Positions 46,976 to 54,273 of a stretch of 64,000 nt of DNA are shown here, one piece after another. The DNA is from Opitutaceae bacterium (GTDB lineage: Bacteria; Verrucomicrobiota; Verrucomicrobiia; Opitutales; Opitutaceae), in assembly GCA_027310745.1 (NCBI GenBank), contig DAIDAF010000013.1:36460-100459 (forward strand), in the 5' to 3' direction. Made by a program: the position numbers and the translations under genes. The number at the start of each line of letters is the position of its first letter. Position 1 is the stretch's first letter. Under the pieces are notes generated by a model. That model was not told where the DNA came from. It was given only the letters and a program-made list of their open reading frames with translations, and made no database searches.

Positions 46976-47973
46976 GGCCTTCGGCTGAATAGGCGATCCA
47001 GGGGGATCGCATTGCGGAGGAATCCGACGGACTGTGCGTCGCGTACGAGGGTCTCGAATCGCCGGACGGGGACCTTGTCGGTGAATTTGAGATGGGACCA
47101 CGCTGACGCCATGAGGGCGGCGGAGAAAGCCCTCCTCGTCTCGGCGGCGAGGCCCGTACGCACGAGTTCCCTGGCCTCGTCGGGATGGGCGTTGATCCAC
47201 TCGGTGAGCTCACGGTGCGCTTCGACAAAACGGGCGACCAGCGCGGGTTTCTCCCGAAGGGCCCGGACCGCCGCGACCAAGACGGTGGTGACCGCATCCG
47301 ACTGGGCGAGGAAGACCTTACCGTTGCTTTCGAGCACCAACCGCGAGACCCAAGGTTCGACGGTCCATACTCCGTCGAGGCGACCCTGGGAGAAGAGGGT
47401 GAGTTGATCAGGATTCGCCGTGGGGATCACCTGAACATCGCCGCCGGTGAGGGTGACCTGCAGGCCGTGAGCCTTGAACCACGAGCGGGCGGCCACGTCC
47501 TGGGTATTTCCGAGTTGGGGCGTGCCGATGCGACGCCCCTTGAAATCGGCGGCGGACGCGATCCGCGAATCCTGGTGGATTACCAGTGCGGCGCCGCCTT
47601 CGGCGGCCCCGGACATGACGCGCACCTCATCGCCAGCGGAGCGGATGTAGACATTCAGGGCGGGATTGGGTCCGACATACGTCATGTCGATCGAACCCGC
47701 CAAGAGTGCCTCCATGGCGCTCGGACCCGCATTGTAGGCGAACCACTGGATCTTCACTCCTGGGCCGAGCCGCTTTTCAAACCAGCCTCGGCCTTCGCGC
47801 GAGGTCTCTGCGCCGATGACTCCTTGGGCATGCGTGACGTTGGGAAAATAACCCACGCGAAGAACACGCGTGGTGCTGGCTGGCTTGGTGTCGCGGCCTG
47901 ATACAACGCCGACCAACGCGGCGGCGCCTCCCAGGATCCCGACAATCGCGGCGATGCGGGTGGAAAGCTTCAT
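46972..47973 (-). CDS. ABC transporter substrate-binding protein, NMT1/SsuA-like
   Basis: 333 aa with a signal peptide. LRVGYFPNVTHA is typical of the sulfonate/nitrate/taurine SBP family. ATGA overlap with the Rrf2 stop (47970-47973). Confidence 0.8.
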   Translation of the reverse strand: MKLSTRIAAIVGILGGAAALVGVVSGRDTKPASTTRVLRVGYFPNVTHAQGVIGAETSREGRGWFEKRLGPGVKIQWFAYNAGPSAMEALLAGSIDMTYVGPNPALNVYIRSAGDEVRVMSGAAEGGAALVIHQDSRIASAADFKGRRIGTPQLGNTQDVAARSWFKAHGLQVTLTGGDVQVIPTANPDQLTLFSQGRLDGVWTVEPWVSRLVLESNGKVFLAQSDAVTTVLVAAVRALREKPALVARFVEAHRELTEWINAHPDEARELVRTGLAAETRRAFSAALMASAWSHLKFTDKVPVRRFETLVRDAQSVGFLRNAIPLDRLFSRRP

Positions 47974-48524
47974 ATGGAGTACTCCTCCTGAAGTTCATCG
48001 AGGATCCCGTCGTGCAGCCGGCGCGTACGGTTTTCCGCGGACGCGGAACGCGCGGGTGGCTGGGAGAATGGCAGCGCTTGACCGTCGCGGCGCAACTTTC
48101 GGGTCGTCACTTCCACGATTTGCGCAAGCGAGTAGCGATCAAGGATTCCCGCGATCGCATTTCGGACGTCGAGCATCACCATGCGCAGACCGCAGTGAGC
48201 CTCGTCCGGGCATGAACAGGGGGTGTAGGCGGTTTGTGAGACACAGCCAATCGGTGCGAGGGGGCCGTCGATGAGTCGGACGATTTCTCCCAGGTATATT
48301 TTGGATGACGGCCGTGCGAGGCGGTAGCCGCCGAACTTTCCACGTTCGCTTTCCACGAAGCCGGCTTCGCGGAGCTGGAGCATCACCTGCTCGAGAAACT
48401 TGACCGACATCTTCTCCTTTTCGGCGATTTCGGAGACCCTCACGAGCTCCCGACCGACCGAGGCGGCGATTCCAAGATCGATGAGGGCTCGGAGCGCATA
48501 TTCGCCTTTCTTGGAGAGTTTCAT
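47970..48524 (-). CDS. Rrf2-family transcriptional regulator (CymR/IscR-like) with a C-terminal extension
   Basis: 184 aa. MKLSKKGEYALRALIDL start and a wHTH. Cys cluster CVSQTAYTPCSCPDEAHC. A ~40-aa tail extends beyond the usual Rrf2 length. Confidence 0.88.
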   Translation of the reverse strand: MKLSKKGEYALRALIDLGIAASVGRELVRVSEIAEKEKMSVKFLEQVMLQLREAGFVESERGKFGGYRLARPSSKIYLGEIVRLIDGPLAPIGCVSQTAYTPCSCPDEAHCGLRMVMLDVRNAIAGILDRYSLAQIVEVTTRKLRRDGQALPFSQPPARSASAENRTRRLHDGILDELQEEYSI

Positions 48525-48591
48525 GAAATTAATCTACATTTGCGTGGTAGGGTATTTGCAAGCGAATTCCTAAGTTTTGGAGTATTAAAAG

Positions 48592-48606
48592 TTCCAGGCA
48601 TTGGAA
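48592..48606. promoter_or_regulatory. Perfect dyad TTCCA-N5-TGGAA in the AT-rich region upstream of the Rrf2 operon
   Basis: ttccaggcattggaa lies 68-82 nt upstream of the Rrf2 ATG. The same dyad recurs at 49995-50009. Confidence 0.4.
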
Positions 48607-48742
48607 TCGCCTGACTTAAAGCCACTAATGAATCACGCAAAATACGCGTTCTTGCGATGATTACCGGAATGGTCAGGTATCACAGGAGACGATGAAAGGC
48701 AGGCCAATCGGCCCTGGCATGGACCGTGCGATCCGAGGCGGG

Positions 48743-49942
48743 TCAGCGCAGCCTGAGGAAGAACCAGAAGGCGAGGCCGCTCATGCCAAGGCTGGGAAGC
48801 CAGGCGCCCCATTCGGGCGTGATGACGCCCTTGGCTGCGAGGGTTCCGCCGAGCTGGGCGAGGAGGTAATAGAGTGCGAACAGGCCGATCGACTTGGAGA
48901 TGCCGACCGCGGGGTTGACTCGCACTCCGGACACGGCGAAGGGAACCGAAAGACCGATGACAATCAACGGAGCGAGGGTGTCGGCGAGCAGGCCGAAGTA
49001 ACGGACCTCGTAGGGCACTGCCTTGGTGCTGTTGACCGAGCGCAGGTACCCGATGAGCCGCCGGAGTTCCCAGAACGATAGATCAATGGGTTTGCGATCG
49101 ATGAGGAGCATGAGCGAAGGATCATCGGTCACGCCCCTGAAGGTCATTGTCCTGAACGGCGAGTTGGCGACGATCTCCCCGCTGTCGAGATCGAAGCGGT
49201 AGTCGCGTCCGTTGCGGAAGGTCCAGCCCTTCCCGTCGGCGTCCCGCCAGGCCTGGCTGGCCACGATCCGGCGGGTTTCGCGGCGCTGTGCGTCGAGGAA
49301 GGACAGGCTGATGCCGTACGCCTTGTGGGTGAAAAGACTGTAGCGGTCCATGAACCAGAGCCGGCCGGCGCTCCGATTGTCGAAGGCGACGCTGGTGCGC
49401 GCGCCGATCTCGTCGGCCGAACGGCTGGCCGCCTCGTGTCGGAATTCGACGCGTTCGCGAATCTGGCGCGACTGCTCGACCGACCACGGGACGATGGTGC
49501 TGTTGAGCCAGAGGGTGAGTCCGCAGCAGACGATGCCCACACACCAGACCGGCACCGAAATGCGGGCGAGACTGACGCCCGACGCGCGCATGGCCGTGAA
49601 TTCGTGATTCCTGTGGAGCTGCCCGAATACATAGAGCAACGACACCAGCAGGGTGAGGGGCATCAGCAGTGCCAGGAAGCTCGGGACCGCCACGGCGAGA
49701 TACACCGTCACGTCCATGAAGGTCGCGCCTGCGGTGAGGAGCGGCGCCAGGTCCGTGTACATCACCTGGACGAGCAGAAGACCGAGCAGTGCGGCGACAA
49801 CTACGCCGATGATTTGGAACCACTCGCGGAGGAGGTAACGATCGAAGGTCTTCACAGGTCGTGCGGTGGGGAGTCTGGGCTTTGCGAGGAGGGCGCCACT
49901 AGAACCCGAGGCCGGAGGCCGTGAAAGCCTAAAGGTGGGCAA
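48743..49942 (-). CDS. LptF/LptG-family LPS export permease
   Basis: 399-aa ORF. FDRYLLREWFQIIGVVVAALLGLLL is the YjgP/YjgQ N-terminal signature. The real start may be the GTG at 49855. Confidence 0.85.
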   Translation of the reverse strand: MPTFRLSRPPASGSSGALLAKPRLPTARPVKTFDRYLLREWFQIIGVVVAALLGLLLVQVMYTDLAPLLTAGATFMDVTVYLAVAVPSFLALLMPLTLLVSLLYVFGQLHRNHEFTAMRASGVSLARISVPVWCVGIVCCGLTLWLNSTIVPWSVEQSRQIRERVEFRHEAASRSADEIGARTSVAFDNRSAGRLWFMDRYSLFTHKAYGISLSFLDAQRRETRRIVASQAWRDADGKGWTFRNGRDYRFDLDSGEIVANSPFRTMTFRGVTDDPSLMLLIDRKPIDLSFWELRRLIGYLRSVNSTKAVPYEVRYFGLLADTLAPLIVIGLSVPFAVSGVRVNPAVGISKSIGLFALYYLLAQLGGTLAAKGVITPEWGAWLPSLGMSGLAFWFFLRLR

Positions 49943-49994
49943 GTTTGAGCCATAGTCCCGCCTTCAACGCACGCCCCGGAGTCAGCCTGACGCA

Positions 49995-50009
49995 TTCCAA
50001 TGGCTGGAA
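49995..50009. promoter_or_regulatory. Perfect dyad TTCCA-N5-TGGAA in the lptF/G - metallopeptidase divergent region
   Basis: ttccaatggctggaa, overlapping a second palindrome GGAATAAATTCC (50006-50017). TTACGTAA lies at 50035-50042. Confidence 0.4.
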
Positions 50010-50172
50010 TAAATTCCAAGCTTCCGACTATTGATTACGTAAGAAGCTGATTAAAAGATGCTAATCTGGATCCGCCGACGGCGGGCTTCCCCTGAAGACA
50101 ACTGGGCTGTTTTCTGCTAATGTTTCGAATGCCCTCGAACTCACCGGGGGTAACAACTGTCCCTTTTCTATC

Positions 50173-50886
50173 ATGATACTCGCTTGGATTGCTCTACTGA
50201 TCGTACCGTTGGTCTTCGGGCTTTACGCGCAGTACCGCGTGTCGAGAGCCTACAACAAGAACCTGCAGATTCAGTCCCGTGGTCGAATCACGGGCGCCGA
50301 GGCTGCCGAGGCCGTCATGCGTGCGGCGGGCATTAATGGAGTCGAGGTCGTGGAGGTCGACGGCATGCTGACCGACCACTACGATCCGGTGAACCGGCGG
50401 CTGGCGCTGTCCTCCGACAATTTCCGGGGGACGAGCCTGGCGGCGCTCGGTGTATCCGCGCACGAGGCGGGGCATGCGATTCAGGACAAGGAAGGCTACG
50501 CGATGATGCGGATCCGCCAGACCCTGGTTCCGGCGGCCCAGATCGCCGCGCCGGTCGCGGGCTTCGTGATGAGCTTTGGCCTTTTCATGGCGTTCCTGAT
50601 CGGCTCGCAATTCTTCGGCATCCTGATGCTGAAGCTAGGCATCGTCGCGCTCCTCGCCATCGCGGTCTTCCAGTTTGTCACCCTGCCGGTTGAGTTCGAC
50701 GCGAGCCGGCGCGCGAAGCTGCAGCTGGTGAACCTCGGCATCCTCGATTCCGACGAGATTCACGGCGTGAATGAGACGCTCGACGCCGCGGCGCTGACCT
50801 ATGTGGCGGCGCTCGTCACCACGATCGGCCAGCTCCTCTACCTGATCCTGCAGTTGATGGGGTCGGGCGGACGGCGCAGTGACTAA
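50173..50886 (+). CDS. Membrane zinc metallopeptidase (YugP / Zn_peptidase_2 family)
   Basis: 237 aa. HEAGHAIQ motif, with N- and C-terminal TM segments. Confidence 0.85.
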   Translation: MILAWIALLIVPLVFGLYAQYRVSRAYNKNLQIQSRGRITGAEAAEAVMRAAGINGVEVVEVDGMLTDHYDPVNRRLALSSDNFRGTSLAALGVSAHEAGHAIQDKEGYAMMRIRQTLVPAAQIAAPVAGFVMSFGLFMAFLIGSQFFGILMLKLGIVALLAIAVFQFVTLPVEFDASRRAKLQLVNLGILDSDEIHGVNETLDAAALTYVAALVTTIGQLLYLILQLMGSGGRRSD

Positions 50887-50893
50887 TCACGAC

Positions 50894-50926
50894 AAAGCCC
50901 GGCCTTCGACGAGCCGGGCTTTTTTT
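50894..50926 (+). terminator. Rho-independent terminator (possibly bidirectional)
   Basis: Stem aaagcccggc / gccgggcttt with a 9-nt loop and a run of seven T. It sits between convergent genes. Confidence 0.85.
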
Positions 50927-50952
50927 GTCCAGGGGACGCGTCTCGGAGGCCG

Positions 50953-51345
50953 TCAGACCTTGCAGGTCCGGAGCTGGCAGTCGATGCGCATGATGTGCGC
51001 GCGTATCCATCCGGAGGTTTCACGGAACACCTCGAGCACGAGGCTCGTGTTTGCGCCCTGCTGCTGAAGGCGGGAGACCCAGACGTCCAGTCTCGAGGTG
51101 AATTCGCGGTGGGCCTGGCAGTTGTCGTGATACGAAGGGCATTTCACGCGGGCCATGTGCGACTCCTCGCGGGCGAAGTGCTCGCGGGCGTATTGGTTGA
51201 GGAACGAGATCATCTGCGTGATCTGCTCTTTTGCGGTGCCCTTCTGGAGAGCGACCTCGAGCTCGTTGAGCGTCGAGATCAGCTGTTTGTGGTCGTTGTC
51301 GACGATCGGGTGGCCCGTCGCAAGGGAATCAGTCCATTGAATCAT
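50953..51345 (-). CDS. Bacteriohemerythrin (hemerythrin-like metal-binding protein)
   Basis: ATG at 51345 (MIQWTDSLATGHPIVDNDHKQLI). HFAREE and H..EF motifs. The track ORF uses an upstream GTG at 51387. Confidence 0.85.
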   Translation of the reverse strand: MIQWTDSLATGHPIVDNDHKQLISTLNELEVALQKGTAKEQITQMISFLNQYAREHFAREESHMARVKCPSYHDNCQAHREFTSRLDVWVSRLQQQGANTSLVLEVFRETSGWIRAHIMRIDCQLRTCKV

Positions 51346-51410
51346 GGGGGAGCTCGATAGAAGCGCGGCGACTTTACGCTTGGCCACTTGACTGGCGAAT
51401 GAAAATGGGC

Positions 51411-51434
51411 GTTATCCCCCGAAATAGGGATAAC
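51411..51434 (-). promoter_or_regulatory. Perfect 8-bp-stem hairpin/dyad between the response regulator and the hemerythrin gene
   Basis: GTTATCCC-ccgaaata-GGGATAAC. On the minus strand it is followed by GCCCATTTTCATTCG. Confidence 0.4.
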
Positions 51435-51450
51435 TACGCACCCGGGCCCC

Positions 51451-52101
51451 TCACAGCTGAACGATGCCCTCGCGGATGGCGTACTTCGTAAGTTCGGCGA
51501 TGCTATTGATTTTCAGCTTTGCCATGATGTTGAGGCGGTGGGCCTCGATGGTCTTGGTGCTGAGGCTGAGGGTGAGCGCCGTCTCCTTGGTTGTACGGCC
51601 GTCGGCGATACATTTCAGGATTTCCCGTTCGCGGTCCGAGAGCGGCCCTGCGGGCGGTGCCGCGGCGGGCATCTGCACGTGGCGCTGGTATTCGCGCACC
51701 ACGACGGTGGACACCTCGGGGCACAGGTAGGTCTGGCCCTCCATCACCGTGCGGATCGCCTGCACGAAGTCGCGGCTCGCGTTGAGCTTCAGGAGGAATC
51801 CGGCGACGCCCGCCTTCAGTGCCTCGCGGACGTATTGAGTGTCTGAATGCGCGCTGAGGATGAGAATCTTCACGTGCGGCGCGCGGGCCTTGATCTGCCG
51901 GGCGAGCGCGATCCCGTCGATGCCGGGCATCTCGATGTCGGTGGTCACGATGTCTGGATGGACCTCCGCGATCTGGTCGAGGGCGCTCTGGCCATTCGCG
52001 GCCTCGCCGGCGACCTCGAAATCCGGTTCGTCGCGGAGGATCAGTTTGAGGCCGTCGCGCACGATCTGGTGATCGTCGACGATGAAGACACGGAGCGCCA
52101 T
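51451..52101 (-). CDS. NarL/FixJ-family response regulator (REC + LuxR HTH)
   Basis: ORF trimmed to the ATG at 52101 (MALRVFIVDDHQIVRDGL). LSDREREILKCIADGRTTKE forms the LuxR HTH. Confidence 0.9.
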   Translation of the reverse strand: MALRVFIVDDHQIVRDGLKLILRDEPDFEVAGEAANGQSALDQIAEVHPDIVTTDIEMPGIDGIALARQIKARAPHVKILILSAHSDTQYVREALKAGVAGFLLKLNASRDFVQAIRTVMEGQTYLCPEVSTVVVREYQRHVQMPAAAPPAGPLSDREREILKCIADGRTTKETALTLSLSTKTIEAHRLNIMAKLKINSIAELTKYAIREGIVQL

Positions 52102-52172
52102 GGGGGTGATTGCGGAGGAGGATGGACGAGGCCGAGCGGGGACGGCAAGTCCGCCCTCCGGCGCGAAGGGGG

Positions 52173-54152
52173 TCAGAGTTTCAAGGTCCGGAGGCGGAGG
52201 GCGTTTCCGACGACGGTCAGCGAGCTCAGGCTCATGGCAAGGCCCGCGATCATGGGATTGAGCTGCCAACCGAACAGCGGGTAGAAAACCCCCGCCGCGA
52301 CCGGGATGCCGAGGCCGTTGTAGAAAAAGGCCCAGAAGAGATTCTGCCTGACGTTGCCCATCGTGGCGCGGCTCAGGTGCACGGCACGGACGAGCGCGCG
52401 CAGGTCGCCCTTCACGAGTACGAGGCCGGCGCTTTCGATGGCGATGCCCGAGCCGGTGCCCAGTGCGATCCCAACGTCGGCTGCGGCGAGGGATGGCGCG
52501 TCATTCACCCCGTCGCCGGCGAAGGCGACGCAATCGCCCCTGCGGCGGTGTTCGCGCAGCACCTCCTGCTTTCCGGCCGGTGTCATTGCCGCATGCCACT
52601 CCCGGAGGTCGAGCCGGTCGGCGACCGCTTTCACTGCCGCGGGCCGGTCGCCCGATACTACCACGAGACGCAGGCCCAGTCGTCGCAGTTCCGCGACGGC
52701 CGCCGGCGTTTCGGGCCTGAGCTGATCGGCCAGTTCGATGGAGCCCAACAGGAGTCCGTCGCGACGGACATCCACCCAGGTGCCGGTGCTCACCCGGGAA
52801 TCGTCTGCCGCTCGGATGACCTCGATGCGGGAGCCGTCGACGAGCGCCGACACGCCTACTCCGGGAATGGCCGTGAAATCGGTTGCGGGTGCGGTCCCGA
52901 TCGAACGGGTGCGTGCCTCCTCGACGATGGCGCGGCCGATGGGGTGTTCGCTGGGCGCCTCCGCCGATGCCGCGGCACCGAGCAAGGCGGCCTCATCCGT
53001 GCCTTGCGCGGGATGCACGCTCGCGATGTGCGGACGCCCCTCGGTCAGGGTGCCTGTCTTGTCGATCAGGACCGTGTCGACAGACGCCAGGCGCTCGAGC
53101 ATTGCCGCGTGCTTCACGAGCACGCCGGCCTGTGCGCCACGCCCGATCCCCGTCACGAGTGCCACCGGGGTTGCGAGGCCGAGCGTGCACGGGCACGAGA
53201 TCACGAGGACCGCGACCGCGCTGACGAGCGCGTGGACCCAGCGGGGGTCCGGTCCGAAGATCATCCATCCAACGAAGGCGAGTGCGGCGATCGTGGCGAC
53301 CGTGGGCACGAACCAGGCCGCGACGCGGTCGGCGAGCCGCTGCACCGGGGCCTCACTTTCCTGGGCCTCCTGAACCAGTCGGACGATCTGCGCGAGGAGA
53401 GTGTCCGAGCCGACGCGCGTGGCCGCGAAAACGAAGGAGCCGGTTGTATTCAAGGTTCCGGCACGAACCTCCTCGCCGGCGTTTTTCAGAACCGGGATGG
53501 ATTCGCCGGTCAGCATCGACTCGTCGACCTCGCTGGCGCCGTCGGACACCAGCCCGTCGACGGGAACCTTCTCGCCAGGCCTGACCCGAAGCAGGTCGCC
53601 GACGCGAACATCGCCCACCGCGACGTCCTCCTCGCGCCCGGCCGAAACGCGGTGCGCGATGGCGGGAGCGAGTTGCATGAGCGAGTGGATTGCGGCCTCG
53701 GTCCTGGCGTGGGCTCGCTGCTCCAGGATCTGGCCGAGAAGCACGATCGTGGTGGTGACAGCCACGGCCTCGAAATAGAGAGGCGCTCCGTGCGCGCCTC
53801 GGAGTGCGGCGGGCAGCGAGCGGCCCCAGATGAGGACCACCGTGCTGAAGAGGTAGGCGGCCCCGGTGCCGGTCACGATCAGGGTGAACATGTTGGTGTC
53901 GCGCTCGATGATCGAGGTCCACCAGCGGCGAATAAATGGGGCTCCGCTCCAGAAGAAGACGGGTGTGGCGAGCGCCCACTCGATCCAGCCGGATGCGGCT
54001 CCGAACATCCCGCCGTGCTGTCCGGGCAGCATGTGGGCCATGGACAGGCCGAAGACAGGAAGACTGAGGACCAGCGCGACCCAGAAGCGAGGCAGCAGGT
54101 AGCGGGCGTCGGGCAGTCCCATGTAGACGGGTTCGTCGGGTGCGGGATGCAT
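52173..54152 (-). CDS. copA: Cu(I)-type P1B-1 ATPase lacking an N-terminal metal-binding domain
   Basis: 659 aa. CPC ([13 protein letters not shown]), YN (FFYNGLGIP), MSLSS, DKTGT and GDGVNDAP motifs. The protein begins directly at the first TM region, with no HMA/CxxC. Confidence 0.85.
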   Translation of the reverse strand: MHPAPDEPVYMGLPDARYLLPRFWVALVLSLPVFGLSMAHMLPGQHGGMFGAASGWIEWALATPVFFWSGAPFIRRWWTSIIERDTNMFTLIVTGTGAAYLFSTVVLIWGRSLPAALRGAHGAPLYFEAVAVTTTIVLLGQILEQRAHARTEAAIHSLMQLAPAIAHRVSAGREEDVAVGDVRVGDLLRVRPGEKVPVDGLVSDGASEVDESMLTGESIPVLKNAGEEVRAGTLNTTGSFVFAATRVGSDTLLAQIVRLVQEAQESEAPVQRLADRVAAWFVPTVATIAALAFVGWMIFGPDPRWVHALVSAVAVLVISCPCTLGLATPVALVTGIGRGAQAGVLVKHAAMLERLASVDTVLIDKTGTLTEGRPHIASVHPAQGTDEAALLGAAASAEAPSEHPIGRAIVEEARTRSIGTAPATDFTAIPGVGVSALVDGSRIEVIRAADDSRVSTGTWVDVRRDGLLLGSIELADQLRPETPAAVAELRRLGLRLVVVSGDRPAAVKAVADRLDLREWHAAMTPAGKQEVLREHRRRGDCVAFAGDGVNDAPSLAAADVGIALGTGSGIAIESAGLVLVKGDLRALVRAVHLSRATMGNVRQNLFWAFFYNGLGIPVAAGVFYPLFGWQLNPMIAGLAMSLSSLTVVGNALRLRTLKL

Positions 54153-54153
54153 T

Positions 54154-54172
54154 CGTGCGATTCAATCGCACG
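54154..54172. promoter_or_regulatory. Perfect 19-bp palindrome (9-1-9), 1 nt upstream of the annotated copA ATG
   Basis: cgtgcgatt-c-aatcgcacg. The copA ATG occupies 54152-54150. Confidence 0.45.
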
Positions 54173-54273
54173 CACGGCCGGCGGAAAGTCGAAAGATCCT
54201 CCGTGCGGCCGGCTTTCTCCTTGTTTATTCGGCGGGCGCCCGGCAAAAATTATCCAGCGCTCAGCGCCCCTTC

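Noticed and set aside
48563-48590. Possible similarity of TAATACTCCAAAACTTAGGAATTC (minus strand) to the Bacillus CymR box
   Set aside because: The spacing does not fit my recollection of the consensus (about 3 nt short), and I cannot verify that consensus here. I kept only the TTCCA-N5-TGGAA dyad, which is directly observable.
50064-50071. ATCTGGAT, reminiscent of the TPP-riboswitch core, upstream of the metallopeptidase gene
   Set aside because: No CTGAGA box or the other conserved TPP helices are present, and the downstream gene is unrelated to thiamine.
44296-50922. Identical 10-bp stems (AAAGCCCGGC / GCCGGGCTTT) in the terminators at 44296-44321 and 50894-50922
   Set aside because: An A-tract followed by GCCCGG is a generic solution for intrinsic terminators in GC-rich genomes. 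The loops and flanks differ, so I do not consider this a repeat family.
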